Below are positions 35,849 through 46,197 of a stretch of DNA of 64,000 nt, in pieces. The notes under the pieces were generated by a model. It saw only the letters and a program-made list of their open reading frames with translations. It made no database searches and had not been told where the DNA came from. Both the position numbers and the translations under genes were made by a program. The stretch spans positions 18,058 to 82,057 of the IMG/VR virus record IMGVR_UViG_2548876809_000002; one strand, written 5' to 3'. Source of the DNA: a virus (taxonomy: Duplodnaviria > Caudoviricetes). Each line of letters opens with the position of its first letter. The stretch's first letter is position 1.

Positions 35849-36747
35849 CGGCGGCGAACTCGACCGAACGGGAAAGCCTTGAGGCGGCACTTGGCGGGAG
35901 TGGCCAGGTCGTCATGCCCGGTGATGCGCAGTCCCCGATCCTGACGGCACCGGTGCGCGCTGCGCTCCATCAGTGGCTCTTCGAGATGAACGCTGAGGAC
36001 GAACTTGCAGAAGTCGGGCTCAAGCCGCGTAGTCGGTGCCTGCTCTCCGGGCCGCCAGGTTGCGGAAAGACCACCCTTGCTCATCACATCGCGGCGCGCC
36101 TCGGCGTTCCAATGCTGATTGTTCAGAGTCACGAGATCATCAGCAAATGGAAGGGCGAGACCGGACAGAATGTCGGCAAGCTGTTCCGCGAAGCACGGCG
36201 GCAGCATGGCGGCATTGCGCTGTTCTTCGATGAGTTCGACGCAATCGGTACCAAGCGCGAAAACATGAGCGGCTCCGGCGCTGATAACGAGCGCGCCGCG
36301 ACCACGATTGCGCTTCTTCAAGAGTTTGATCGCTTCGACGGCCTGCTGTTCGCCGCGACAAACGTGACGGGGGCGATCGACCCGGCGCTTTGGCGCAGGT
36401 TTCAGATGCAGATCGAGATTGGCATGCCTGGCCCTGCGGAGCGGTTCGCGATCGTACGCATGTACGTGGAACCGTTTGCCGTAACTGACGAAACCGTCAC
36501 GGCCATTGCGGACGCCCTTTCCGGCGCATCCCCGGCGCTGATTCGGGAAGGCTGCGAGATGATCAAGCGCAGCATTATCCTCGGACCAAAAATGAACCTT
36601 CCGACCGATCTGACATCGATCATGGAGCGGTTTGGCAACAGCGCGTCGCCTCCGGAAGGCATGCCAGTGCCGTGCCTTTGGTCAGATCGTCGCGGCGCAT
36701 TGAACGACCTGCGCCGCGCACCATGGCCGCCGGAGCGCCGGACATGA
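35845..36747 (+). CDS. Classical-clade AAA+ ATPase
   Basis: [15 protein letters not shown] pore loop, FFDEFD, AATN...DPALWRRF. Confidence 0.9.
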   Translation: MTAANSTERESLEAALGGSGQVVMPGDAQSPILTAPVRAALHQWLFEMNAEDELAEVGLKPRSRCLLSGPPGCGKTTLAHHIAARLGVPMLIVQSHEIISKWKGETGQNVGKLFREARRQHGGIALFFDEFDAIGTKRENMSGSGADNERAATTIALLQEFDRFDGLLFAATNVTGAIDPALWRRFQMQIEIGMPGPAERFAIVRMYVEPFAVTDETVTAIADALSGASPALIREGCEMIKRSIILGPKMNLPTDLTSIMERFGNSASPPEGMPVPCLWSDRRGALNDLRRAPWPPERRT

Positions 36748-36959
36748 AGAGCTGGATAGCGAAACTGGTGCGCGGCCGACGCTCTTCGGTGTCGGTGGAT
36801 GAGCGTATTCTTATCCTCGACAGCATGCTCGAGCAGCGGTTGCAGTCGAGGAAAGCTGACCGCGGTGTGCGCCAGGAACGCTCGCGTCGCGCTGCCGCAA
36901 CAAAGGTGCATGCACAGGTCGCCCGCGACCCGCTGCTGCGCGAGCAGGTAGGATTCTAG
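36744..36959 (+). CDS. Hypothetical protein (71 aa)
   Basis: ATGA coupling. Confidence 0.5.
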   Translation: MKSWIAKLVRGRRSSVSVDERILILDSMLEQRLQSRKADRGVRQERSRRAAATKVHAQVARDPLLREQVGF

Positions 36960-36962
36960 TCG

Positions 36963-37781
36963 GTGAGTAAGCGCCCTGCCTTTCAATTCTACCCAGCCGA
37001 TTGGCGCACTGAGGCAGGTCTTCGCCTTTGCTCCATGCCCGCACGCGGGCTGTGGATCGAGATGATGTGCCTCATGCACGATGCCGCACCCTACGGCCAT
37101 CTTACTGCGCTCGGCCGTCCCATGACCGCCGAAGCAGTGGCCCGGTTGGTTGGTGAAGGCGTCGGCCCGGTCAAGAAGTGGCTTGCCGAACTAGAGGCGA
37201 ACGAAGTCTTCTCGCGCAACGACGATGGCGTGATCTTCAGCCGCCGCATGGTCCGTGACGAAGAGGTTCGGCAGGCACGGGCCGCTGGCGGACCGGCTGG
37301 TGGAGAACATGGCCATAAGGGGGCTTCGCACGGCGCGAAGGGCGGTCGACCGCGCAAAGAAAAAGCCCCCTTATCCGACCCAGAAAGGGGGGTTATTTTA
37401 CCCCCCCCTTCTTCTTCTCCTTCATCTCCATCTGCAGAAGAAGAAGAAGATTCAGTTGCTAACGCAACTGCCGAAAATCCGGTTGAGCCCCCTGAGCCAG
37501 TCAACCCCGAGAAGGTGATGTTCGACCAAGGCAAGCGACTGCTCGCAGAGGCCGGGATCGTGAACGGCAAGGCTGGCAGCCTCCTTGGGAAATGGAAGCG
37601 CGACCACGGTGCCGAAGCCGTGATCGTCGCCCTCGGCAAAGCCCAGCGCGAAGGCGCAATCGACCCCGTCAGTTTCATCGAAGGATGTTTCCGGAATGGC
37701 CCACAATCCCGACCTGCCCGCCAATCTCGCAACGGCTTCCTCGATGCCATCATTGATGAGGAGCGCGCAGCCCGTGCTTGA
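36963..37781 (+). CDS. Replication initiator (O-like, YdaU/DUF1376-like N-terminus)
   Basis: PAFQFYPADW...ARGLWIEMMC motif; low-complexity linker. Confidence 0.7.
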   Translation: MSKRPAFQFYPADWRTEAGLRLCSMPARGLWIEMMCLMHDAAPYGHLTALGRPMTAEAVARLVGEGVGPVKKWLAELEANEVFSRNDDGVIFSRRMVRDEEVRQARAAGGPAGGEHGHKGASHGAKGGRPRKEKAPLSDPERGVILPPPSSSPSSPSAEEEEDSVANATAENPVEPPEPVNPEKVMFDQGKRLLAEAGIVNGKAGSLLGKWKRDHGAEAVIVALGKAQREGAIDPVSFIEGCFRNGPQSRPARQSRNGFLDAIIDEERAARA

Positions 37782-38301
37782 TCGAGCGTTCGAACCTGGC
37801 GCGGTATTCAGCGCGGCCGATATCGCGGTCATCACACCTCTGGCGAATGCTATCGCCGAGCCGCAGGTGGCTGACACGAAGTTCATTCGTCAGTCGCTGG
37901 GCGGCTTAGCTGCGTCCTTGCCCAGCCAAGCGACCGACATCATTCACGGCAACCTCAAGCTGGGCACGTACAAGGCGATGTTCGAAGGCTGCGACCCGCG
38001 TGCGCTGGCATACGCGGTGCGCCGCTGTCTGGACGAACTCGACTGGATGCCGACCGTCCATCAGATCAAGGAGCGGATGGCGATCTGGATCAGCCCCGAG
38101 GAGGCGGCGATCCGACGTGCGCGCTTCATTCTCCGAACGGGGAAGCGCGACGAGCCCGAGCAGGACATCCCGATCACTGCTGCTCAGATCCGCGCCATGA
38201 AGCCCGAATTCCGCTCAATGGGTCTGGCGGCTGGCCATCTGACACAGGACGAGATTGACGCGGCACTGTCCGAGCCGGTCGAGCAGGCACAAGCCGCATG
38301 A
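37774..38301 (+). CDS. Putative helicase loader (P-like)
   Basis: Follows O-like gene; WMPTVHQI motif; GAGGAG RBS. Confidence 0.5.
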   Translation: MLDRAFEPGAVFSAADIAVITPLANAIAEPQVADTKFIRQSLGGLAASLPSQATDIIHGNLKLGTYKAMFEGCDPRALAYAVRRCLDELDWMPTVHQIKERMAIWISPEEAAIRRARFILRTGKRDEPEQDIPITAAQIRAMKPEFRSMGLAAGHLTQDEIDAALSEPVEQAQAA

Positions 38302-38717
38302 TGCCGCTGGTCGTAACCGCGCTAATCAAGGCGGCCCCCTCCATCCGGATCGAGGTCATGTCCCCGGCCCTCCGCAAGATCCACCTCGGCGATGATCGGG
38401 CTCTGCACCACTTCACGCGGGGCGACGACGGTGAGGAATACCATTCGCACCCATGGTCATTCACCTCAGAGGTTCTGCACGGAGGCTATGCCGAAGACAT
38501 CGTGGTCAGCCTTTACCCGTTCACCGTGCTGGAGAAACGCCGCCTGCCTGGTACCACGCACCAGGTTGAGGCGAACCACATCCACCGCATCACGCGATTG
38601 CTCGGCGAGGATTGCTGGACGCTAGTCATCGCGGGCCCGGCCGAGCGGGAGGTGCAGTTCTATCGGCATCGCGAGGGTGGCGTGCAGTCCCGGCGATGGG
38701 ACGAGGCATGGCAATGA
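38298..38717 (+). CDS. Cupin-fold phage protein
   Basis: YHSHPW...GGYAE...HIHRI pattern. Confidence 0.6.
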   Translation: MMPLVVTALIKAAPSIRIEVMSPALRKIHLGDDRALHHFTRGDDGEEYHSHPWSFTSEVLHGGYAEDIVVSLYPFTVLEKRRLPGTTHQVEANHIHRITRLLGEDCWTLVIAGPAEREVQFYRHREGGVQSRRWDEAWQ

Positions 38718-39430
38718 CGGCAGTCAATTCACAGTCAGTATCAAGGTTCAAGGGGTGGGGTATGAGTAGGAAGGCAGCACGGCGCAGGGAAGATACGGAT
38801 TGGTGCATCCTGCGCACCTCGGGAGGCCGGACGCTCAACCTAGCCCGCTCGCTCGCCGAGGCGGGCTTTGACGTTTGGACGCCCATTCGCACCATCAAGC
38901 GACCGCACGGCAAGCCAGACCAGAAGGGCCGGCGCAGCACGGTAGAGATTGATATGCCGATTTTGCCGACGTTCGTGTTTGCCCGTGCCGGTGGCCTCTC
39001 TGCTTTGGCGCATACCGCGGGCGATCCCGTACACCAGCATCCACCGTTCTCGATTTTCTTACATGCTGGGCGCATCCCGCTGATCGGTGCCGCCTCAGTT
39101 GCTGGGTTGCAGGAAGAGGAACGGTTCGCCGCCGAACAGATAACCGCGCTGCGTGACGCTGAGACGCGAGAGGAACAGCGCCGCATTCGTGGCGCCGCGC
39201 TGAAGACCAAACGCGAGCGGGAGAAAGCCTTGCGTGCGGAACGGCACGACTTCGCGATCGGCGCGGAGGTGTCCGTTGCCGATCAGCAGTCGTTGGCAGG
39301 GATGACCGGGGTGATAACGAGCAGCGATGGGCGCAGCGCGGTTGTCGCTTTCGGCGGTTCGCTGACTATGACGATTGAGGCTTGGCGTCTGTCGCCACAT
39401 GATGTAAGCGCAGCTTTGATAGCCGCTTGA
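38714..39430 (+). CDS. NusG-like (NGN-KOW) antitermination protein
   Basis: WCILRT...GFDVWTP...PILPTFVF NGN domain; IGAEVSV..Q.LAGMTG KOW domain. Confidence 0.75.
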   Translation: MTAVNSQSVSRFKGWGMSRKAARRREDTDWCILRTSGGRTLNLARSLAEAGFDVWTPIRTIKRPHGKPDQKGRRSTVEIDMPILPTFVFARAGGLSALAHTAGDPVHQHPPFSIFLHAGRIPLIGAASVAGLQEEERFAAEQITALRDAETREEQRRIRGAALKTKREREKALRAERHDFAIGAEVSVADQQSLAGMTGVITSSDGRSAVVAFGGSLTMTIEAWRLSPHDVSAALIAA

Positions 39431-39658
39431 TCGGCACCTGGCGCAGATGATCTTGAGCTTGTTCTCATGCGCACGCCAACCCCGCGAGAGCCAGCGCTCA
39501 GACGGTTGTCCTACGGCATGACGATAATGCAATTCATAGTTCGGTTGGCTGACTGTTCCCTCCCTGGCGGTCAGCACACCCCCTCACCGACGCGCGCGAC
39601 GCGAGACATAGGCGATCAGGCATAGCCTTGATCGGCCGACTGATGGTGAGGAAAGACA

Positions 39659-40021
39659 ATGGCCAAGCTCAAGACGCTGCCCAGTCGCCTCGGTTCACTG
39701 AGCCCGACGCGCGGCCACCTGCCAGCGCCTGAGCGGAAGCCCGAAGCCGAACGCAAGGTGTTCTCGCCTTGGCGAGCTTGGTACAACACGACGCGCTGGC
39801 GTCGCCTGCGCTGGGCGCAGCTGGTCAAGGACCGCTTCACCTGCACCCGGTGCGGGAAGCTTGAAGGCGACACCGCCAAGCTGGTCTGCGACCACGTCAC
39901 TCCACACCGCGGCAGCGCGGACCTGTTCTGGGACGAGTGCAACCTGACTACGCTCTGCAAGCCGTGCCACGATAGCGCCAAGCAACGCGAGGAGCAGACC
40001 CAAGGTATGCGCGGAGCGTGA
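39659..40021 (+). CDS. HNH endonuclease (HK97 gp74-like)
   Basis: CTRC...CDHVTPH.G...CNL.TLCKPCH. Confidence 0.9.
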   Translation: MAKLKTLPSRLGSLSPTRGHLPAPERKPEAERKVFSPWRAWYNTTRWRRLRWAQLVKDRFTCTRCGKLEGDTAKLVCDHVTPHRGSADLFWDECNLTTLCKPCHDSAKQREEQTQGMRGA

Positions 40022-40069
40022 CGTGCCCTGCAGCGCGCTGGCGGGCTTCCTGCGAGGCCTGACGCGGCA

Positions 40070-40150
40070 CCAGACCGGGGGGGGTGGGTCGGACTTCGGG
40101 GCGGGTCGACGCCTTAGACCGGTAATGCTCTCACGCAGAGAAAAAACTCC
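40070..40150 (+). other. Probable cos region of prophage B
   Basis: G-run plus GACC...TCACGCAGAGAAAAAA between HNH and TerS, as in HK97-like cos phages (inferred). Confidence 0.5.
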
Positions 40151-40194
40151 TCTGGAGCGATCCGGGGTGCGACTAGGCCGCGGGAACCGATGCG

Positions 40195-40764
40195 ATGAAG
40201 ACTTCCCGCCCAACTGTCGACTGGCCAAGAATTGAACTCGAATACTGTGCCAACGAAGATTCCATTCGAGAAATAGCCGACCGGCATGCAATTTCTGACA
40301 CGGCTATTCGTAAGCGCGCCAAGGCCGAAAAGTGGGTTCGATTGGTTCGCACCCCGCCAAGTGCGAACCAGTGCGAACCTGAGCTAACCGCACCGCCTCC
40401 CCGGCCTGTTGACCCATCTGAACCAGTCGACCCGGTCGCGATCGCGGATGGGGGGCGCGGCTTGGTCTGGCGTATGCTCGACGAGCTCGATGCCACCACG
40501 ACACGGCGCGGCGAGCTCGAAGACATGATCATCGCAGCGACCGACGGCGACGACGATACGGCCCGGCGGGAATCGATGATGCGCGCGGTCAGCCTGAGCA
40601 GCCGCGCCAACAATCTCAAGACGCTCGCGCTGGCGTTCAAGACGCTGAACGAAGCATCAGCGCCGCAAGGCAAGAAGGCCGCGGCGCAAGAGCGTGCCAC
40701 CCAGATCGGGGGCAGTTCCCGGTTCGGATCTATCGGCCCACCGAAGCTGAAGGCAGTCCAGTAG
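40195..40764 (+). CDS. Terminase small subunit
   Basis: N-terminal HTH (SIREIADRHAISDTAIRKRAK), upstream of TerL. Confidence 0.7.
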   Translation: MKTSRPTVDWPRIELEYCANEDSIREIADRHAISDTAIRKRAKAEKWVRLVRTPPSANQCEPELTAPPPRPVDPSEPVDPVAIADGGRGLVWRMLDELDATTTRRGELEDMIIAATDGDDDTARRESMMRAVSLSSRANNLKTLALAFKTLNEASAPQGKKAAAQERATQIGGSSRFGSIGPPKLKAVQ

Positions 40765-40765
40765 C

Positions 40766-42451
40766 GTGGTGACCTGGTCGACCGCGAACCTCGACTGGAA
40801 GCGCAACATCCGTGAGCGGCGATCGCTGATCCCGTTTGCTCCGCTGTTCCCGGCATCGGCTGATGCCAAGATGGCGGTGTTCACGTCGCTGAAGATCGTC
40901 GACATACCGGGTCGCCCGACGTTCGGCGAGGCATCGGACCAGTGGCTGCTCGACTTCGTGGCGGCGATCTTCGGCGCATACGACCCCGAGACCGGGCAGC
41001 AGATGATCCGGGAGTTCCTGCTCCTAATCTCGAAGAAGAATACGAAATCGACGCTAGCCGCGGGGATCATGCTAACCGAGCTTATCTGCGGCTGGCGCGA
41101 GGAAGATGAGAACCTGATCCTCGCGCCGACGATCGAGGTCGCGGGCAATAGTTCGAAGCCGGCGTTCGCGATGATCCGCGCCGACGAAGAGCTTGTCGAG
41201 CTTCTGCATATCCAGGAGCACATCCGGCTGATCACGCATCGGGTGACGAAAGCGACCCTGAAGGTGGTTGCGGCGGACAGCGCTACGGTTTCGGGCAAGA
41301 AGGCCAGCCGGGTCCTAGTCGACGAGCTTTGGTTATTCGGCAAGAAGTCGACGGCGGACTCAATGCTTCGCGAAGCGACCGGCGGGCAAGTGTCACGGCC
41401 GGAGGGATACACCCTCTACCTGACGACGCAGTCAGACGAGCCGCCCGCTGGGGTGTTCAAGGAGAAGCTGGCCTATTTCCGCGACGTCCGCGACGGCGTC
41501 ATCAACGACCCGGAGAGTCTGCCGGTTCTGTACGAGTTCCCCGACGAGATGGTCGCCGCGGGCGAGCATCTCGATCCTGCCAACTTCTACGTCACCAACC
41601 CAAATCTTGGCCTTTCGGTCAGCCAGAAGTGGCTTGAGAGCGAGTTCCGCAAGGTCGAGAACGCCGAGGACGGCACGAAGCAGGTCTTTTACGCGAAGCA
41701 TTTGAATGTCGAGATCGGCGTCGGTCTTCGCCACGATGCTTGGGTGGGCGCTCTCTACTGGCAGGCGGCGCGCGCGGCGCCGGAAGTCTGGGACGGCACG
41801 CTCGACCAGTTCCTTGCAATCGTCGAGGTAGTGGTCGCCGGCGGCGACGGCGGCGGGCTCGACGATCTGATGGGGCTGGCGCTCCTCGGGCGGCACAAGG
41901 TCACCAAGCAGTGACTGCTCTGGTGCCGGGCGTGGGCGCAGCAAGACGTTTTCGACCGGCGCAAAGACATCGTTTCCAACCTCAACGACTTCGCGGCCGA
42001 GGGGTCGCTGGTCAAATGCCTGACGCCGACGCAGGACCTGATTGAGGTCGCCGACCTGCTCGAGCGGGTGAAGGATCTCGGGCTGTTCCCGGAACAGGCG
42101 GCAATCGGCCTTGATCCGCAGGGCATTACCTCGCTGGTCGACGAACTGACCGGTCGCGGCTTCACGATCGACCAGATTCCGGCGATCAGCCAAGGCTTTC
42201 GGCTTTCAGGGGCGGTCTGGGGCACCGAGCGAAAGCTGAAGGACGGCACACTGATTCACGCCGGTCAGGCGCTGATGGCCTGGTGTGCGGGCAACGCGAA
42301 GGCAGAGCAGCGCGGGAACGCCGTTCTGATCACCAAGCAAATCGCCGGCAAGGCGAAGATCGATCCGCTCATCGCCGCCTTCAACGCGGTGGTGCTCATG
42401 TCCCGCAATCCGGAAGCAGCCGGTGCGGGGCCGCAATTCATGTTCATCTGA
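40766..42451 (+). pseudogene. Terminase large subunit interrupted by in-frame TGA at 41912-41914
   Basis: SKKNTKST Walker A and LVDELW Walker B; same frame continues to KIDPLIA nuclease end. Confidence 0.88.
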
Positions 42452-42461
42452 AAGGCACCCC

Positions 42462-43082
42462 ATGGACAACAGGGCATACAGCGTCCTTGCGATCAAGGCG
42501 GTCAACGAAGACGCCCGCACGATCGAAGGCATCGCGACTACGCCGACCGTCGACCGTGTCGGCGACATCATCGAGCCGTTGGGGGTCAAGTTCACCAACC
42601 CCATGCCGTTCCTGTGGCAGCACAACCACGACCAGCCGGTCGGTACGTGTGAATTCGGTCAGCCGACTGCGAACGGTATCCCGTTCAAGGCGAAGGTTGC
42701 CAAGACCGACGAGCCCGGCCTCCTCAAGGATCTGCTCGACCTCGCTTGGCAGTCGATTAAGCTCGGCCTCGTTCGCGCGACCAGCATCGGCTTTCGGCCG
42801 ATCGAATACGCCTACATGGAAGCCGGCGGCATCCGCTTTACGGAAGTGGAGGTGTTCGAGCTTTCCGCGGTCACCATCCCGGCCAATGCCGACGCCATCA
42901 TCACCGCCATCAAGTCGATCGATACCGGACTGCGGCATGCGGCTGGCATCCCCGACCCAGAGATTCCTGCAAACCCCGAACGTGCCGCGTCAGGCAAGAG
43001 CGTCCGGGTCGTCAAGCTGGAGAACCCTGCCCGCGATCGGGCTCCCCCTGTTGTGATCCGCGAAATCAAGCGGCTCGCCTGA
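42462..43082 (+). CDS. HK97-family prohead protease
   Basis: DRVGDI, LWQHNHDQPVG, SIGF and ELSAVTIPAN motifs. Confidence 0.9.
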   Translation: MDNRAYSVLAIKAVNEDARTIEGIATTPTVDRVGDIIEPLGVKFTNPMPFLWQHNHDQPVGTCEFGQPTANGIPFKAKVAKTDEPGLLKDLLDLAWQSIKLGLVRATSIGFRPIEYAYMEAGGIRFTEVEVFELSAVTIPANADAIITAIKSIDTGLRHAAGIPDPEIPANPERAASGKSVRVVKLENPARDRAPPVVIREIKRLA

Positions 43083-43099
43083 TCAAAGGACGATAGACG

Positions 43100-44494
43100 A
43101 TGAACTATGCTGCGCAGATTGGCGCATTCGAGACCAAGCGCGCCGCGCTGGTCGCCGCCAACGACACCATCATGGAAAAGGCCGCGACCGATGGGGCAAC
43201 CCTCGACGCTGCCCAGACCGAAGAATTCGACGGCAACCAAGCCGATATCGAAGCGATCGACAGCCACCTGAAGCGCCTCAAGCAGGCCGAGAAGTCGGCT
43301 GGCGAGAAGGCCACCCCGGTCGCTGGCGGCAGCGCTGCCGATGCCGGGACGACCCGCGGCGGTTCGCGGATCGAAATCAAGGGCCACAACCTGCCCAAGG
43401 GTACTGCCTTCACGCGCTACGCGATGGCGCTCGCGCGCTCGAAGGGCAACCTGATGCAGGCCGCCGAAATCGCCAAGACCTGGCGCGACAGCACACCGGA
43501 AGTCGAGAACGTGCTCAAGGCTGCCGTCTCGGCGGGCACCACCACTGACACGGCCTGGGCAAAGCCGTTGGTCGAATATCAGAACATGACCAGCGAGTTC
43601 GCCGAGCTGCTTCGTCCGGCGACGATCATCGGCCGCATTCAGGGCCTTCGCCGCGTTCCGTTCGAGATCAAGATCCCGCGTCAGACCGGCGGTTCGTCGG
43701 TCGGATGGGTCGGTGAAGGCAAGCCGAAGCCGGTCAGCGCGCTCGCGTTCGACCAGATCCGCCTCGGCCGCGCGAAGACCGCAGGCATCGTCGTGATCAC
43801 CGACGAACTCGCGCGGGCATCCTCGCCCTCGGCCGAGCAGGTGGTGAAGGACGATCTGGTCAGCCAGACCGCGCAGTTCCTCGACCAGCAGTTCGTCGAC
43901 CCGACGAAGGCAGCAGTGCAGGACGTTTCGCCGGCGTCGATCACCAATGGGGTTACCCCCGTCGTGGCGTCGGGTGTTGATGCAGACGCCGTCCGGCACG
44001 ACGCCAAGCTACTGATGAGCAAGTTCCTGGGCGCCAACCTGTCGCTGGCAGGCGCGGTCTGGATCATGACCGAGATGCAGGCACTCGGCCTCGCGCTGAT
44101 GACCAATCCGCTTGGCAACCCTGAGTTCCCGGGCATGGTCATCAACGGCGCCAGCGGCGGCACCTTCATGGGCCTGCCCGTCGTCTTGTCGGAGAACGTG
44201 CCCGTCAATGCGGGCACGGGTACCCCCGTCACCGGTGCCGGTTCGCGGATCATCCTCGCCAAGGCGAACGAGATCCTGCTCGCCGACGACGGTGAGACCA
44301 TGCTCGACGTTAGCAGCGAGGCATCGCTGCAGATGGAAAGCGCGCCGGATGCTCCGGCGACTGCGAACACTGTCCTTCTGTCGCTCTGGCAGAACAACAT
44401 GATCGGCATCCGCGCCGAGCGCTACATCAACTGGGGCAAGCGCCGCCCCGGTGCGGTGCAGTTCATCGACAGCGCCAACTACGGCGGCGGCTGA
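43100..44494 (+). CDS. Major capsid protein, HK97 family
   Basis: Coiled-coil delta domain; WVGEGKPKP and WQNNMIGIRAER motifs. Confidence 0.92.
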   Translation: MNYAAQIGAFETKRAALVAANDTIMEKAATDGATLDAAQTEEFDGNQADIEAIDSHLKRLKQAEKSAGEKATPVAGGSAADAGTTRGGSRIEIKGHNLPKGTAFTRYAMALARSKGNLMQAAEIAKTWRDSTPEVENVLKAAVSAGTTTDTAWAKPLVEYQNMTSEFAELLRPATIIGRIQGLRRVPFEIKIPRQTGGSSVGWVGEGKPKPVSALAFDQIRLGRAKTAGIVVITDELARASSPSAEQVVKDDLVSQTAQFLDQQFVDPTKAAVQDVSPASITNGVTPVVASGVDADAVRHDAKLLMSKFLGANLSLAGAVWIMTEMQALGLALMTNPLGNPEFPGMVINGASGGTFMGLPVVLSENVPVNAGTGTPVTGAGSRIILAKANEILLADDGETMLDVSSEASLQMESAPDAPATANTVLLSLWQNNMIGIRAERYINWGKRRPGAVQFIDSANYGGG

Positions 44495-44506
44495 GTCCAT
44501 GTAGCT

Positions 44507-44537
44507 CCCGCCCGGACGCTTACCGCGCCCGGGCGGG
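44507..44537 (+). terminator. GC-rich hairpin after capsid gene
   Basis: CCCGCCCGG-N13-CCGGGCGGG. Confidence 0.45.
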
Positions 44538-44563
44538 CCACGCCGTTCTTGAAAGGATAGGCG

Positions 44564-44830
44564 ATGAAGCACCAAGCATATTTCACTCGAGCCCTGAAGG
44601 CGAACGACCCGCGCTATGCCCGGGTATTCGGCAAGCTCGGCTACGACCGCGCCGACATCGTCTCGGACGACGCGGCAACCATGGAGCCTACCGGCACCGG
44701 CGGCGCTGGGGATGATCTGGAACAACTGCGCGCGAAATATCAGGCAGCCGTCGGCAAGAAGCCGTATCACGGCTGGGACGCCGCGGTTCTGCGCGAGAAG
44801 ATCGTCGAAGCCAAAGGCCCGCAGGCCTGA
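44564..44830 (+). CDS. Small head-associated protein
   Basis: C-terminal LR..Y....GKKPYHGWD...LREKI motif. Confidence 0.65.
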   Translation: MKHQAYFTRALKANDPRYARVFGKLGYDRADIVSDDAATMEPTGTGGAGDDLEQLRAKYQAAVGKKPYHGWDAAVLREKIVEAKGPQA

Positions 44831-46197
44831 TGCGCTTCCTCGGCTTTGACTTCGGACGGACCAAGTCCGTCAGCCCGGTCGACGACCGGCGCGGCTGGTT
44901 CGGCATCGTCCGAGAGAGCTTCGCCGGCGCTTGGCAAGAGAACGTCGAAGTCAAAGTCGAGAGCGTACTGGCCTATCACGCCGTGTTCGCGTGCATGACG
45001 CTGATCGCGTCCGATATTTCCAAGCTACGGGTGAAGCTCGTTGCGCAGTCCGCGACCGGCATCTGGTCGGAGACGACGCGCGCTTCCTACTCGCCGGTTC
45101 TGCGCAAGCCGAACCCGTTTCAGACCCGCATCCAGTTCTGGGAAAGCTATTTCCTGTCGAAGCTGGCGCGCGGCAACACGTACGTCCTCAAGCGGCGCGA
45201 CGGGCGCGGCATCGTAACCGCACTGTATGTCCTCGACCCGAACCGCGTGAAGGTACTCGTCAGCGACGAGGGAGAAGTGTTTTATGAACTCCAGGCGGAC
45301 AATCTCGCCGGGTTCACCGGAGCGATCGCCGTCCCTGCGCGCGAGATCATCCACGACCGGTTCAACTGCCTGTTTCACCCCCTCGTCGGACTCTCGCCGC
45401 TGTTCGCAAACGGCTTGGCCGCAACGCAGGGCCTAAAGATCCAGAACAACTCGGCGAACTTTTTCGGCAACCAGTCCCGCCCTGGCGGCATCCTCGTCGC
45501 ACCCGGGAACATCGGGAAGGATACCGCCGACGAGCTCAAGGACAATTGGCACGTCAACTACAGCGGCAAGAACGCCGGGAAGGTCGCCGTCCTTGGCAAC
45601 GGAATGAAGTATGAATCGATCGCGGTGACGCCGAGCGATGCCAAACTGATCGAGCAGCTGAAGTGGACGTCCGAGGTGGTCTGCTCGACCTTCCACGTTC
45701 CTCCGTACAAGCTCGGCATCGGCAATCTGCCGACGAACAGCAATGTCGAAAGCCTGAACCTCGAATATTATACCCAGGCGCTGCAATCGCTGATTGAAGC
45801 CGCTGAGCTTTGCTTGGATGATGGCCTTGGCATCGGCGAAGGCTTCGGCATCGGAACGGAATTCGATCTCGACGGCCTGTTGCGCATGGATACGGCTGCG
45901 CTCGTAGAGGCCGAGTCCAAAGCGACCGGCGCCGGCATTAAGAAGATCGACGAGGCGCGCCGGCGCCTTGACCTCGAGCCCACCGAAGGGGGCGACACGC
46001 CCTACCTGCAGCAGCAGAATTACAGCCTCGCAGCCTTGGCGAAGCGCGACGCCAGTGTTGATCCGTTTGCGAGCGCCGGTACCGCCGCCCCGGGCACAGC
46101 GGCCGATCCGGCGAACGACAACGCCGTCGCAGAACAGCAAGCGCGCGCGACGATCGCGCTGTTCGAGAAAGAACTTCGGGAGGCCCTGAATGCTTGA
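44830..46197 (+). CDS. Portal protein, HK97 family
   Basis: LARGNTY, GLSPL, FHVPP and DEARRRLDL motifs. Confidence 0.9.
   Translation: MRFLGFDFGRTKSVSPVDDRRGWFGIVRESFAGAWQENVEVKVESVLAYHAVFACMTLIASDISKLRVKLVAQSATGIWSETTRASYSPVLRKPNPFQTRIQFWESYFLSKLARGNTYVLKRRDGRGIVTALYVLDPNRVKVLVSDEGEVFYELQADNLAGFTGAIAVPAREIIHDRFNCLFHPLVGLSPLFANGLAATQGLKIQNNSANFFGNQSRPGGILVAPGNIGKDTADELKDNWHVNYSGKNAGKVAVLGNGMKYESIAVTPSDAKLIEQLKWTSEVVCSTFHVPPYKLGIGNLPTNSNVESLNLEYYTQALQSLIEAAELCLDDGLGIGEGFGIGTEFDLDGLLRMDTAALVEAESKATGAGIKKIDEARRRLDLEPTEGGDTPYLQQQNYSLAALAKRDASVDPFASAGTAAPGTAADPANDNAVAEQQARATIALFEKELREALNA

Noticed and set aside
40766-42451. Genome-wide UGA-to-Trp recoding in prophage B
   Set aside because: TGA is the normal terminator of most genes in B, often in ATGA couplings; only one internal TGA was seen
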